Assembly: GCA_003022365.1 (NCBI GenBank)
Contig: PXOU01000018.1
Location: 75,964 to 139,963, forward strand
Direction of reading: 5' to 3'
DNA length: 64,000 nt
Source: Candidatus Saccharibacteria bacterium QS_5_54_17
GTDB lineage: Bacteria > Patescibacteriota > Saccharimonadia > QS-5-54-17
Made by a program: the position numbers and the translations under genes. Position 1 is the stretch's first letter. Every line of letters starts with the position of its first letter. Positions 1 to 9,673 of this stretch are shown here, one piece after another. The notes under the pieces were generated by a model, which did not search any database, was not told the DNA's origin, and worked only from the letters and a program-made list of their open reading frames with translations.

Positions 1-99
1 GCCGTGGCTCCCTTCGGGGAAAACGTCCGGTTCCGGCGGGATGGGCTGGTAAAGATAGTCGGGAGTCGGTAATGACGAGTCATACCTATCCATGTTTAC

Positions 100-560
100 C
101 GTAGTTGTCCATTGATTGCAAATAGGCCGTATAGTCTCCCGGCTTATTGAATACCTCGGATGCAGTAAACAACAAGGAGGTGTTTGTGCGCAAGCACCCG
201 GAACCATTATCAAAACCCGGCAACAAAAACCCAGGCGAAACATCATTCCTGAAGATGTCATTCCTGAAACAAGTTCAGGACAGGCTCTGAATTTATTTCA
301 GGATCTTCCCCTATTGTCATCCTGAACTTGTTTCAGGATCTGTTTTAGGCTTGGCTTCAAAACCATATCGGGTTAATAGATTCCGGCTCACTTCGACCTT
401 GCTCAGTGCGGGCGGGGGCCGGAATGACAAAGAGGGTAGCCTCGTAATAACGAACTTTCTCTTGTCATCCTGAACTTGTTTCAGGATCTGTTGCAGAAAC
501 GATTCCGAACTAAATTCGCAGTGACGGAGGAGGTTCGCAGTGACAAAAAGGCTTTGCATT
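100..560. repeat. Composite palindromic intergenic repeat element, copy A
   Basis: Shares modules with copies at 30.5, 39.9, 52.7 and 61.8 kb: tatagtctcccggcttattgaa(c/t)acc; hairpins tcctgaaacaagttcagga and gtcatcctgaacttgtttcaggatctg; gaggctttgcatttttccacttgc... Confidence 0.6.
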
Positions 561-593
561 TTTCCACTTGCTGCTTGCTTCTTGTTCCTGCTC

Positions 594-1451
594 CTACTGA
601 GCGGTCCAGGAATCGGTGCCGGTTCGCCGGACTGAACCGGAGATTTCCATGGTGGCGATGATCCGATTGAATTCAGCGGCGCTCCAGCCGGCGTGATATA
701 TCAAGTCGTCGGTTTCGGTGATGCCTTGGCTGAGCAGTTCCAAAATGTGTGCCTCTTCGGCCGTGGCGGCCTGGGCTTTGGGGGCGGATTCCTCCGCTGG
801 GGGTTCCAGCCCCAAGACATCCAGTACGTCGTCGGCGTTGGTGACCGGCGCGGCACCGGCTTTGATCAGATTGTTGGTGCCTTCGCTCAAAGGTTGGGTG
901 ATGTTGCCCGGTACGGCCATAACGTCCCGATTTTCCTCCAAGGCGAATTCAGCGGTGATGAGCGCGCCGCTGCGAGCGCCGGCTTCGACGATGATGGTGC
1001 CGGCGCATAATCCAGCGATGATCCGGTTCCGGGCGGGAAATCGTTGCCGGGTGGGCGGAGTTCCGTTTTGGTATTCAGTCACCAGCGCTCCGCCGCTGGC
1101 GGTAATGTCGCGGGCTAATTGGCGGTTCCGGACCGGGTGTATGATGTCCAACCCCGAGGCCATAACGGCCACGGTATAGCCGCCGGTGTCCACGGCTGCC
1201 CGGTGAGCGGCCGCGTCGATGCCAAACGCCAGCCCACTAACCACACCGACCCCCGACCGGGCCAGTTCGCCGGCGATCCGGGTGGCCGCTTCTTGGCCAT
1301 AGAAGGTCGCTTTCCGGCTCCCCACCACGGCGACCAGCGGCCGGTTGGTTTCCAGTTCCCCGTTGATATACAGCTGCTTCGGCGGGTGGGCAATTTCGCC
1401 CAATACGGCCGGATACCTTTCGTCATGTGGGGTAATAGCAGGATTTGGCAT
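594..1451 (-). CDS. dprA: DNA-processing protein DprA (Smf)
   Basis: 285 aa; Rossmann-like DprA core with GLAFGIDAAAHRAA motif. Confidence 0.85.
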   Translation of the reverse strand: MPNPAITPHDERYPAVLGEIAHPPKQLYINGELETNRPLVAVVGSRKATFYGQEAATRIAGELARSGVGVVSGLAFGIDAAAHRAAVDTGGYTVAVMASGLDIIHPVRNRQLARDITASGGALVTEYQNGTPPTRQRFPARNRIIAGLCAGTIIVEAGARSGALITAEFALEENRDVMAVPGNITQPLSEGTNNLIKAGAAPVTNADDVLDVLGLEPPAEESAPKAQAATAEEAHILELLSQGITETDDLIYHAGWSAAEFNRIIATMEISGSVRRTGTDSWTAQ

Positions 1452-1735
1452 AAATATCGCTAAATATAGTTGACAAACTTACAAATGAATGATAAAAAGA
1501 GTGCCTAAGGACGTTGCAACGTCCTTGGCACCTCCCATTACTATAGTGACATTGCCCGGGGCATTTTTTCTACCCTCCAGCGATAGTCCGGGCAATGCAT
1601 GTCCCTTCAACGTGGATATTCGTGTCGCATATGACCTCGGTTGAAGGGAGATACAAGACCGCAAGTTTCCCCCCACCCGCTTGCGGTCTTGTTCGTTTGA
1701 AAGACCTATAAAGACCCATTAATCACCAAAACCCG

Positions 1736-2299
1736 TCACTCCACGCGGTAGGTATCGGCGGGGAAATCTTCTCCCTCGATGAATGTTTCCATAAACTGAG
1801 TAGCCGCCTGGAGAATCTCGGGTAACTTATCTTTCTCTTCATCGGCGAAACGGCTCAGTACGAACTTTTCCGCCGGCTGTTTTTCCAAATGTGCATTGGC
1901 GATTCCCAGCCGCAAACGGTTGAACCCGTCGCCGCAATGGGCGATAACGGATTTTATCCCGTTGTGCCCGGCGCTCTCCCCTCCCCGGCGGGCGCGCAAC
2001 GCAGCGAAATTAAGCGCGGCGTCATCATAGACGATCAGCGTGTCAGCAGGATGTATATCAAAAAAACGCTGGGCGGCGGCCACGGCTTCTCCGCTGCGGT
2101 TCATGTAGGTTTGGGGCTTTAAAAGTATGACCGGTTCGCCTGCCTGCTCCAAGCGGGCGGCCATCGATTTCAACTTCTTGTGCCGGGAAAAATCAACCCC
2201 TTTCTCGCCCGCCAGGGATTCGACCGCCATAAAGCCGGCGTTATGGCGGGTTCCCAGGTATTTTTTATCCGGATTACCCAGCCCCGCGATTAATTTCAC
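1736..2299 (-). CDS. pth: Peptidyl-tRNA hydrolase
   Basis: KLIAGLGNP...HNAGF...GHNG motifs. Probable GTG start at 2297-2299 preceded by GGAGGAG SD; the GTG overlaps the der TGA stop (GTGA). Confidence 0.85.
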   Translation of the reverse strand: MKLIAGLGNPDKKYLGTRHNAGFMAVESLAGEKGVDFSRHKKLKSMAARLEQAGEPVILLKPQTYMNRSGEAVAAAQRFFDIHPADTLIVYDDAALNFAALRARRGGESAGHNGIKSVIAHCGDGFNRLRLGIANAHLEKQPAEKFVLSRFADEEKDKLPEILQAATQFMETFIEGEDFPADTYRVE

Positions 2300-3639
2300 G
2301 ATGCTCCTCCTCTCCCTTTTTGATTTGCTCGACCGGCCTCCTGCTTCTCCCGCCATTGCAGCCGGATGGGCGTACCGTCAAAATCGAATCCTTCACGGAG
2401 CCGGGTCTCCAGATAGCGTTTATAGGACCAGTGCAGAAACCGGGTGTGCCGGCCATAGACGGTAAATGTCGGCGGCGCCGTATCGGTTTGGGTGATATAG
2501 TTGAGCTTGGGGTGCCGGTCTTTTAATCCGGCCGGCGGGTGGTCGGCGACGGCCGCTTGTAAGGTTTGATTCAAATCCTTGGTGGAAACGGTTTTTTGGC
2601 GGTTGCTGAATGCCTCTGAGGCGAACGGCAATAGTTTATTGACGTGGTGTTTTTCGGTCGCCGACACCAATAACAGTGGCGCCCACCAGACGAACTGGAA
2701 CGACGCTCCCAGGGTTTGTTCCAGCTGGCCACGGGCGTTATCGGTTCGTTCCGTCTGGTCCCATTTATTGACCACCACTACCAACCCCTTGCCGGCCTCT
2801 TTGACCATGCCGGCGATTCGCTGATCCTGGGCGGTTGCCGGTTCGGTGGCATCCAATACCAGCGCGCACACCTCGCATGTGCTGATAGCCCCCAAAGCCC
2901 GGAGCGAACTGAATCGCTCTATGTGTTTGCCGGTTTTGTTCTTCCGGCGCAGCCCGGCCGTGTCAGTTATGTGCCATGTCCGACCTTCATAAGGCACCCG
3001 TATTTCCGTCATATCCCTGGTGGTACCGGGTTCCCCGGAGACGATCGCTCGTTCATGCCCGGCCAGGACGTTGAGGAGGCTTGATTTGCCCACGTTGGGC
3101 CGGCCCAGTAAAGCCAACGTCGGCATGGTCGAGGCTTCGCCGGCAGGGTATTGGCTGGCGATGTCTACAATGGCATCCAACAAATCGCCCGACCCGCTGC
3201 CGTGAATAGCCGAAACCGGTATGCTGGGTTCCGGCAGCTTTTCCCGCTCGATCGGCTGCCCCGCTCGATCCGTTTTATTGATGGCGGTTATGAGGGGTTT
3301 GCCGCTTTTTTGCGCCTGTTTTATAACTTTGGCGTCTTCCTCGCTGAGGATGGTGCTGCCGTCGATGGTTACTACCATGATGTCCGCTTGCTCACGGGCT
3401 ACTTTGATTTGCTCCTGGACCGATCGGGCCAATTGGTCTTTTTCCTTTTCCAGCCCCGCGGTATCGACCAGCCAGAACTGCCTGCCCTGCCACTCCACGA
3501 TAGCTTCTACGCGGTCGCGCGTCGTACCCGGCGCCTCATGCACGATGGCTTTGCGTTGGCCCAACAATCGGTTGAATAGACTGGACTTGCCGACGTTGGC
3601 TCGACCGACGATGGTCACCACGGGAAGTTTTTCTGACAT
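2296..3639 (-). CDS. der: Ribosome-associated GTPase Der (EngA)
   Basis: 447 aa with two tandem G domains (GRANVGKSS and GRPNVGKSS P-loops, DTAG) and a KH-like C-terminus. Confidence 0.9.
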   Translation of the reverse strand: MSEKLPVVTIVGRANVGKSSLFNRLLGQRKAIVHEAPGTTRDRVEAIVEWQGRQFWLVDTAGLEKEKDQLARSVQEQIKVAREQADIMVVTIDGSTILSEEDAKVIKQAQKSGKPLITAINKTDRAGQPIEREKLPEPSIPVSAIHGSGSGDLLDAIVDIASQYPAGEASTMPTLALLGRPNVGKSSLLNVLAGHERAIVSGEPGTTRDMTEIRVPYEGRTWHITDTAGLRRKNKTGKHIERFSSLRALGAISTCEVCALVLDATEPATAQDQRIAGMVKEAGKGLVVVVNKWDQTERTDNARGQLEQTLGASFQFVWWAPLLLVSATEKHHVNKLLPFASEAFSNRQKTVSTKDLNQTLQAAVADHPPAGLKDRHPKLNYITQTDTAPPTFTVYGRHTRFLHWSYKRYLETRLREGFDFDGTPIRLQWREKQEAGRANQKGRGGAS

Positions 3640-3686
3640 ACCACTACTGTAACAAATAGGCTTGACAATTACTATAAATCATTGAC

Positions 3687-3716
3687 TTTTATTAATTTCT
3701 ATGCTAAAAATTGAGT
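3687..3716 (+). promoter_or_regulatory. Sigma70-like promoter (TTGACT-N17-TAAAAT)
   Basis: ttgact / 17-nt spacer / taaaat about 95 nt upstream of the 3812 ORF, inside an AT-rich islet. Confidence 0.4.
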
Positions 3717-3811
3717 AATTCCTATCCAAAATGATGGATGGGTGGTTTCGCCCCCGGCGAAGCAACGGCCAATCATCGGGCCTTAACGATGGACTTTGAA
3801 AAGGAGCTAAG

Positions 3812-4141
3812 ATGAGTCAGGTAGGCCCCTTCCAACTTATAAAGGGACCCAACCTATTTGAGTTAGTGTTTGCATACATGGGTGCCTTTGATGCCATGAA
3901 CCGCACTGTTAGGATGTGCACTAGTGAGGGGCTTGTTTATGAGCTTTGTATTTATGGCCTGGCCCACAAGGACAGTACGGGATATTGCCATGAATTTAAA
4001 GCGCGCGTGGTATCTATCGGAGTGGATCCTACAAACGTAGAGTCGAAAGAGTATTGGGTAACATTTCCCACTACCCCCTGGGATTTAGTTGAGGGGTACT
4101 TCGATACCGAAGCACGTAGGGGTAGTCTAAAGTTCGTCTAG
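3812..4141 (+). CDS. Hypothetical protein (orphan, low-GC islet)
   Basis: 109-aa ORF with a strong SD (AAGGAG 7 nt before ATG), promoter upstream and hairpin terminator downstream. GC clearly below the flanks. No recognisable domain. Confidence 0.55.
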   Translation: MSQVGPFQLIKGPNLFELVFAYMGAFDAMNRTVRMCTSEGLVYELCIYGLAHKDSTGYCHEFKARVVSIGVDPTNVESKEYWVTFPTTPWDLVEGYFDTEARRGSLKFV

Positions 4142-4236
4142 CTCCTTTTTTTGGTTGGGGTATCGCACGGTATGCCAACCTGAAGCATCGGTACCATAGG
4201 TGCTGATGCACCCGCGCGTGTGTGGGAGGTTGTATC

Positions 4237-4266
4237 GTCTCGAAGGTCGAGACACCTTTCTATTTA
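4237..4266 (+). terminator. Rho-independent terminator
   Basis: gtctcga-agg-tcgagac hairpin followed by acctttctattt. Confidence 0.45.
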
Positions 4267-4318
4267 CTCCTCCTACGCACGCGCGCCCTTTTCCCTATTT
4301 TTACCATCGAAACTAAGC

Positions 4319-5026
4319 TTAACTCTCATTTTCGCCCGTAATAAGACGATATTGGCCGTCGCTCAAATCGCCCAGGCTGTATTCGCCCAATTGGGTGCGC
4401 ACCAGGTCAGTCACCTGATAACCCAGCGCGGCGAAGGTGCGCCGGATCTGCCGGTTCCGGCCCTCATACATAGTGACCTGATAGGTATTCTTACCAGGCA
4501 CTCCCTCATCTGCTTTTTTGGTTCTCTCAGCTTCTCCTTCTCCAATTTCTAACTGGCTGACTCCGTCATCCAAATGCACCCCGTGGTGCAAGTTCGTTAT
4601 ATCGGCCGGGGTGAGCGGCTTATCCAGCCTTACTTGATACACTTTCTGCTTCTGGAATCCCGGATGCGTTAACCGGTAGGCTAGTTGGCCGTCGTTAGTG
4701 AGTAGTAAAAGCCCGCGGCTGTCTTTGTCCAGCCGGCCGATGGGTTTCAACTGACGCAGTTCCTCAGGTAGGAGCGCGTAGATGGTCGGATCATTGCCTT
4801 GCCGGGCACGGCTGACTACATAACGAAAAGGTTTGTGCAGCTTAACGGTGCGGGTAACCGGAAGCACCACCGGCTCCCCGTCCAGTTGGACGGTGTCATC
4901 CGGTCCGACTCGTTGCCCGAGTTCCCCCGCTTCCCCGTTGACCGTCACCCGCTCATCCGCGATTGCCTGATCTGCCTGCCGGCGGGATAACCCGGCTGCT
5001 CGGGCCAGATACTGATTTATCCTCAC
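4319..5026 (-). CDS. rsuA: rRNA pseudouridine synthase (RsuA/RluB family)
   Basis: S4 domain N-terminus (MRINQYLARAAGLSRRQA) plus PseudoU_synth core (GRLDKDSRGLLLLTNDG). Confidence 0.85.
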   Translation of the reverse strand: MRINQYLARAAGLSRRQADQAIADERVTVNGEAGELGQRVGPDDTVQLDGEPVVLPVTRTVKLHKPFRYVVSRARQGNDPTIYALLPEELRQLKPIGRLDKDSRGLLLLTNDGQLAYRLTHPGFQKQKVYQVRLDKPLTPADITNLHHGVHLDDGVSQLEIGEGEAERTKKADEGVPGKNTYQVTMYEGRNRQIRRTFAALGYQVTDLVRTQLGEYSLGDLSDGQYRLITGENES

Positions 5027-5838
5027 TCCGAAGCGGTTTGTTGCTGGGTTTGCTGGCCGCCTTCGGCCTGGCCGCCCTGGGCGCCGGATTGATCGCTGTC
5101 TTGCCCGTCTTGGCCTGTTGGCTGCTGGGCCTGGTTTGGTTGGCTTTGTGGGCTGGCTGCATCGCTCTGTTGCATCTGGTTGTCGATATCATTGATTTCA
5201 CTGGCCGCCTGGCTGCTGGTCGTTTTGCCCTGACCGGACGTGCGCTTGGATTGTTTGCTATTGGCTGTGTCCTCAGGCGCTTGGGTGTTTTCTTGACCTT
5301 GTTGATTTTGCCCATCTTGGCTCTGTTGATCTTGGCTCTGTTGGTTTTGGCTAGGTTGGCTATCTTGACCTTGGTTGTCTTGGGAATTTTCGGAACCTTC
5401 ACCGTCGTTTTCCGGTAATCGCCCACTGGAGGTGGTCACGATGGATGCGGCGCCCTCCTCGCCGTTTCCAGTGTTCTGGGACAGTTCTTTGACCGTTTCC
5501 ACCACGTCTTCCAGCGTGATCTGGGATTTGATCAAATACTTGTCGACGCCCAGCTGTTCGCCGCGCTCTTTATCCGATTCCTGGCTAAGCGCGGATAGCA
5601 TCACCACTTTGGTGTTTTCGGTTTCAGGGGTGGAGCGCAGGATGTCCAACACGTCGAACCCGCTGATTTTGGGCATCATGATATCGAGCAAAATCAGTTG
5701 CGGTTTTTCCGATACTGCTTTGGAAAGAGCTTCCTCGCCATCCGCGGCCAGCACCAGTTCGTGACCTTCAGCGCTTAGTCGGGCAGCATAGATTTCGCGG
5801 AGATTAATATCGTCTTCGACTAGTAAAACTTTAGACAT
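5023..5838 (-). CDS. Response regulator, receiver domain only, with Gln/Ser-rich disordered C-terminal tail
   Basis: REC domain (LLVEDD...LLDIMMP...K). No output domain. About 130 aa of Q/S/D-rich low complexity. Confidence 0.8.
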   Translation of the reverse strand: MSKVLLVEDDINLREIYAARLSAEGHELVLAADGEEALSKAVSEKPQLILLDIMMPKISGFDVLDILRSTPETENTKVVMLSALSQESDKERGEQLGVDKYLIKSQITLEDVVETVKELSQNTGNGEEGAASIVTTSSGRLPENDGEGSENSQDNQGQDSQPSQNQQSQDQQSQDGQNQQGQENTQAPEDTANSKQSKRTSGQGKTTSSQAASEINDIDNQMQQSDAASPQSQPNQAQQPTGQDGQDSDQSGAQGGQAEGGQQTQQQTASE

Positions 5839-5849
5839 TTTCCCTCATT

Positions 5850-7649
5850 CTACGGGTCTGTTGTTGATGTTGCAACTGCAGTCCCGGATGATGTGTTTTG
5901 CCCCTGTTGTGAGCGCCCGCCTTGGGCGGGTTGTCCGCTCCCAGCGGACTGTGACTCCATTTTAGCACGTAATTCTTGTGCTCGACTATAGGTAAGCCGC
6001 GGCAGGCTGAAATAAAAACTGCTTCCGGCGCCTTCTTCGCTTTCCACCCAGATGCGCCCGTTGTACATCTCGATAATAGTCCGGCACAGATACAGCCCGA
6101 GGCCGGTGCCGCCGATTTCCCGGGTTTTGCCGTTGTCCACCCGGTAGAATTTCTGGAACAAATGCTCGATCTCGTCTTCGGGAATGCCGATGCCTTGATC
6201 GTGCACGCCGACCGTGACTTGTTTGTCATCGCCGCTGATGCTGGCGTTGACTTCACCTTCGGGCGTGAATTTGATGGCGTTGTCCACCAGGTTGATGAAC
6301 ACCTCCCGGATCCGCTCCGAATCGGCGTTGACGTAAAACAGCGGCATGACCTCATTCTGGTCGGTGCCGATGCCGCCGTGGGATTTCAGTTTTAATTCTA
6401 ATCCCTTCTGCTCGGCCTTGAATTGCAACTCGTCCACGGCGGCTTTAATGACTTTCCCTAGTTCGAACGGCTCCGGCTGTTCGTCCAGCGTGTTGTCCTC
6501 CAGCCTGGTGATGGACAGCAGGTCTTTGAATAGCTTACCCAGATGTTGGGTGGATTCGTAGGCTTTCTGGATGTACTTTTGGGCATTTTCATCCCCCGTG
6601 GAGACTTGTTGGTTCAGCGCCAGGGAAAGGAACCCTTCGATGGCGGCTACCGGCGTGCGCATCTCGTGCGAGGCGGTAGAGATGAACTCATCGCGTTCCC
6701 GGGCCGCTTTCTTCTCCTGGCTGATGTCGCTGAATACCGCTACGGTGCCGGTGACTGAATCGGTGCTGGCGAAGATGGGCGCGATGGTCAGTGACAGATG
6801 CACCCGCGTTTGCTGCCGGTTGAGCATGGTGATGTCTTTGCGGCGTATACCCTGTTTGGACCGGATGACATAGTGGAATAAGTCGTTGTTGCCGGTGAGT
6901 TCGTTGCCCTCCTCATCTTCCAGGGGGAGCACCTGGGTGTAGTGGATGCCAGTGGCTTCATCTTCCGCCCAGCCCGTGATGTCGGCGGCGGGTTGGTTGA
7001 AGAGTTGTATCGCCCCGGATAGGTCGGTCACCAAGGCTCCGTCCCCGATGCTTTTGAGTAAAATATCCGATTTTAACTGTTCGATCTCCAGCTTTTCTTC
7101 CAGTTCGTTGCTTTGGCTGGGTTGCGGCTCATTGCTTTCCTGGGGGTGGTTGCGCCACAGCCACAGTCCCATGACGCCGGTTACCGTGATGGCGGCCGCG
7201 TAGATGGCGTTGTCAATCGCGAAATCGGCCGGCGCGTTGGCCCGCAGGGAAGCTATACCTAAGTAGACTACGGTCACCAGTACGTAACCGGCCACGATGT
7301 AGCGGTTGAGGGCGGCGGCGAACAAGACGATTGCCAGCCAGAAGACGAAGTACGGCGAGGAAAACCCGCCGGTCGCCAGCAGCAAAACGGCCATGTTGAT
7401 GCTGAAAAACAGCAGATCGATGAAGGTGGCGGCGATGTCCGAACTCTGGCTCACCAAACGCCGGATGAGCAAAAAGTATACGCCGTGAACGCCGGCAATA
7501 AACAGATTCAGGGGCGAGGTACCCAAAAGCTCGCCCGGCCCCAGGAGTTGTCCGTATAAAAGCACCACGTACAAAAGCACGATCGCCGCGCTGCCGCCCA
7601 GGAGCGCGTATTGGAGATGCCGGTACAAGGTATGCATAACTCTTGGCAA
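5850..7649 (-). CDS. Sensor histidine kinase (multi-TM, PAS, HisKA, HATPase_c)
   Basis: N-terminal TM helices, PAS-like segment, H-box SHEMRTPVAAI, N/G1/G2 boxes (DNAIKFT, GTGLGL). Low-complexity C-terminal tail. Confidence 0.85.
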   Translation of the reverse strand: MPRVMHTLYRHLQYALLGGSAAIVLLYVVLLYGQLLGPGELLGTSPLNLFIAGVHGVYFLLIRRLVSQSSDIAATFIDLLFFSINMAVLLLATGGFSSPYFVFWLAIVLFAAALNRYIVAGYVLVTVVYLGIASLRANAPADFAIDNAIYAAAITVTGVMGLWLWRNHPQESNEPQPSQSNELEEKLEIEQLKSDILLKSIGDGALVTDLSGAIQLFNQPAADITGWAEDEATGIHYTQVLPLEDEEGNELTGNNDLFHYVIRSKQGIRRKDITMLNRQQTRVHLSLTIAPIFASTDSVTGTVAVFSDISQEKKAARERDEFISTASHEMRTPVAAIEGFLSLALNQQVSTGDENAQKYIQKAYESTQHLGKLFKDLLSITRLEDNTLDEQPEPFELGKVIKAAVDELQFKAEQKGLELKLKSHGGIGTDQNEVMPLFYVNADSERIREVFINLVDNAIKFTPEGEVNASISGDDKQVTVGVHDQGIGIPEDEIEHLFQKFYRVDNGKTREIGGTGLGLYLCRTIIEMYNGRIWVESEEGAGSSFYFSLPRLTYSRAQELRAKMESQSAGSGQPAQGGRSQQGQNTSSGTAVATSTTDP

Positions 7650-7795
7650 TAGACCTTATGGTTATTACCTTTTAGTATATAGCATCCAAGGGTTCCTATT
7701 AAGTATGACGCCTAACGTATGGGTTAGATGAAAATGAGCAGATACTGTTTTTGATTACACCCGGCTTTATTCCTCCGGGAAGCAGGTTCGCGTAG

Positions 7796-8065
7796 CTATC
7801 GAGCGGGGGCTTGTCGTTGTAGCAGTTCGCCTTTCTGGTTGAAGATCAGGACTTCGCTCTCTTCGCTGGCGGCGTGCTGGCGGGCAAACTCCAGCGCCCC
7901 ATCCTTGGTCTGGAATAATTTTCCGCTGTTTTTGCCCTGGCGTACGTACCATCCACAGCGGTTTTCGATAACCAGATAGCTGCGCAAACCCTTCTGCACA
8001 GCTTTTACGTAACTGTGGACTTGGTCGTTGTCTTGAGTCGGCGGGCGGAGTGTCTTATGTGTCAT
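7796..8065 (-). CDS. DUF2188-like small protein
   Basis: 89 aa; pattern YLVIENRCGWYVRQGKNSGKLFQTKDGALEFARQHA...VLIFNQKGELL resembles DUF2188. Confidence 0.5.
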   Translation of the reverse strand: MTHKTLRPPTQDNDQVHSYVKAVQKGLRSYLVIENRCGWYVRQGKNSGKLFQTKDGALEFARQHAASEESEVLIFNQKGELLQRQAPAR

Positions 8066-8121
8066 TATCCTGGATAATCTCTTCCTTTATCTCTTCTTGA
8101 GTATATTGGATGTGGTTACAA

Positions 8122-9003
8122 CTAGTCTATCGGAGCGGAGGGATGCTTTTTAGTCGTGGGTGTTGCGTTTCGGGGTGGATTGTAAGATTCCAGAATGTCC
8201 GAATATATCTTCGTTTGCATATCCAGAAGCTCACGGGCGGAATAGGGTGGGATGCCTGCCCGGGCGAGCCGGTACCACGTATAGGCCGTTTCCAAATCAT
8301 AATAGGGATCACTGTCTGCTACTCCGTCTACCCCGCGGCTATGCAATATGGCTGCCTCGTTATCGGCTGCCCGGGTAAGTACCTGCATCTGTTCCTCATC
8401 CAACACCTGCTGGGTCATGAAGAACCGCAACAATTCTTCTTCCGCCGTGTCCACATCGGAGACCAGTACGGGCTGTTCCGCAGCCCCTACCGCATCCGCG
8501 ATCAACAACCCGCGCTGATTCCGCAAGCTTTCCTCCTGCATGCGTTCCACATCTTTGGCCCAGCTTTCGGGAACATAGGCGAACCACACGTTCCGTGCCT
8601 CACCGGTACTCGGGGTTATACGGGATAACGGTTGATTCTGGGCATCGGGAGATGATCCGGTTCCTGTTAACCGTAATGGCATTCCAGCTTCCCCAAGGGC
8701 TAAGAATAGAATGCCTCGTGGTTCCATGAGGTTAACCCCGAACGGTCCCAGCAGCATCTCCGGTTCGTCTACCTTATACGATCGTTGCCGGTAGGGAGAA
8801 CTATCGGGGTGTATGTATATTGCCTGCAATTCTTCAAGCTCCCCTGACAGCCCGGATACGAAGCCTTCCAGCTGTTGCCGGAGCCGTCGCGGCCCGAACC
8901 CGTCGGGGCGAGTCTCTTGCAGGCGAGCAACTGCTTCCTCCTCGTAGGAAAACTCCCCCCTGTCCGGTATATCCGGAGCTCCCTCTTGTTCCCTATTCAT
9001 ATA
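8122..9003 (-). CDS. Hypothetical protein
   Basis: ORF 8122..9099. Start chosen at the internal ATG (MNREQEG) at 9003. No recognisable domain. Confidence 0.5.
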   Translation of the reverse strand, partial: YMNREQEGAPDIPDRGEFSYEEEAVARLQETRPDGFGPRRLRQQLEGFVSGLSGELEELQAIYIHPDSSPYRQRSYKVDEPEMLLGPFGVNLMEPRGILFLALGEAGMPLRLTGTGSSPDAQNQPLSRITPSTGEARNVWFAYVPESWAKDVERMQEESLRNQRGLLIADAVGAAEQPVLVSDVDTAEEELLRFFMTQQVLDEEQMQVLTRAADNEAAILHSRGVDGVADSDPYYDLETAYTWYRLARAGIPPYSARELLDMQTKIYSDILESYNPPRNATPTTKKHPSAPID

Positions 9004-9673
9004 TCCTATTATGCAATAATTCTGTCTTTTTAAAAACATGTGGCGACGAGCAAGCACGGCAAGAATATATTGTTGTTCTGATGCGCCGGAGAGAATCACT
9101 TAACCTTGTCTTCGGGGTAAGAGAAGCACGTAAATGCCCGTCCGTTTCCCGGGCGGGCGTATGGTTCCACGGCCGAGTGGAAGTGGAGCAGCGCCAGCTT
9201 ACTCGCTCACGCGCATGCCATAGACGTGTTCCAGTCTATGCTGGCCGTTGAACTGGACTTCCAAAACTAACCAATCACCGCTTTCGGCTTCCAGCGCCTC
9301 CTGCGGTACGAAGGTTACGTTGGCCGTTGACTGAGCCGCCCCCGCCGAAGACGATCATATTCACCCGGCTCCAATCATCCAACTCTTCCGGGCGCATCAA
9401 ATCCGCCCGGTATCCGCCGGCCATGACGGAATCGGCCTCCCATTACTCCCGGCTCATGCCGTACAAATCCAAAGTTACCTCCGGGCTGGGTCGAAATTCC
9501 AATGAGCCTCTTTCATGCTCCATACTTTTATCGTATATCTCACCCGAACTCGCCGTCAGTCAAAGGAGTTTGAGTCTCATGGATTCGGAATTTGACTTTT
9601 CAATCTTTTCTTATATAGTATTAGTTATCTCGACTGACCATTAATAACACCCGTGGGGAGAGAGGAATAAGAA

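Noticed and set aside
693-1463. Multiple long ORFs antisense to or overlapping dprA (693..1010, 718..1179, 1115..1426, 1119..1463)
   Set aside because: They are typical spurious open frames in GC-rich coding DNA. They show no motifs, whereas DprA on the opposite strand is well supported.
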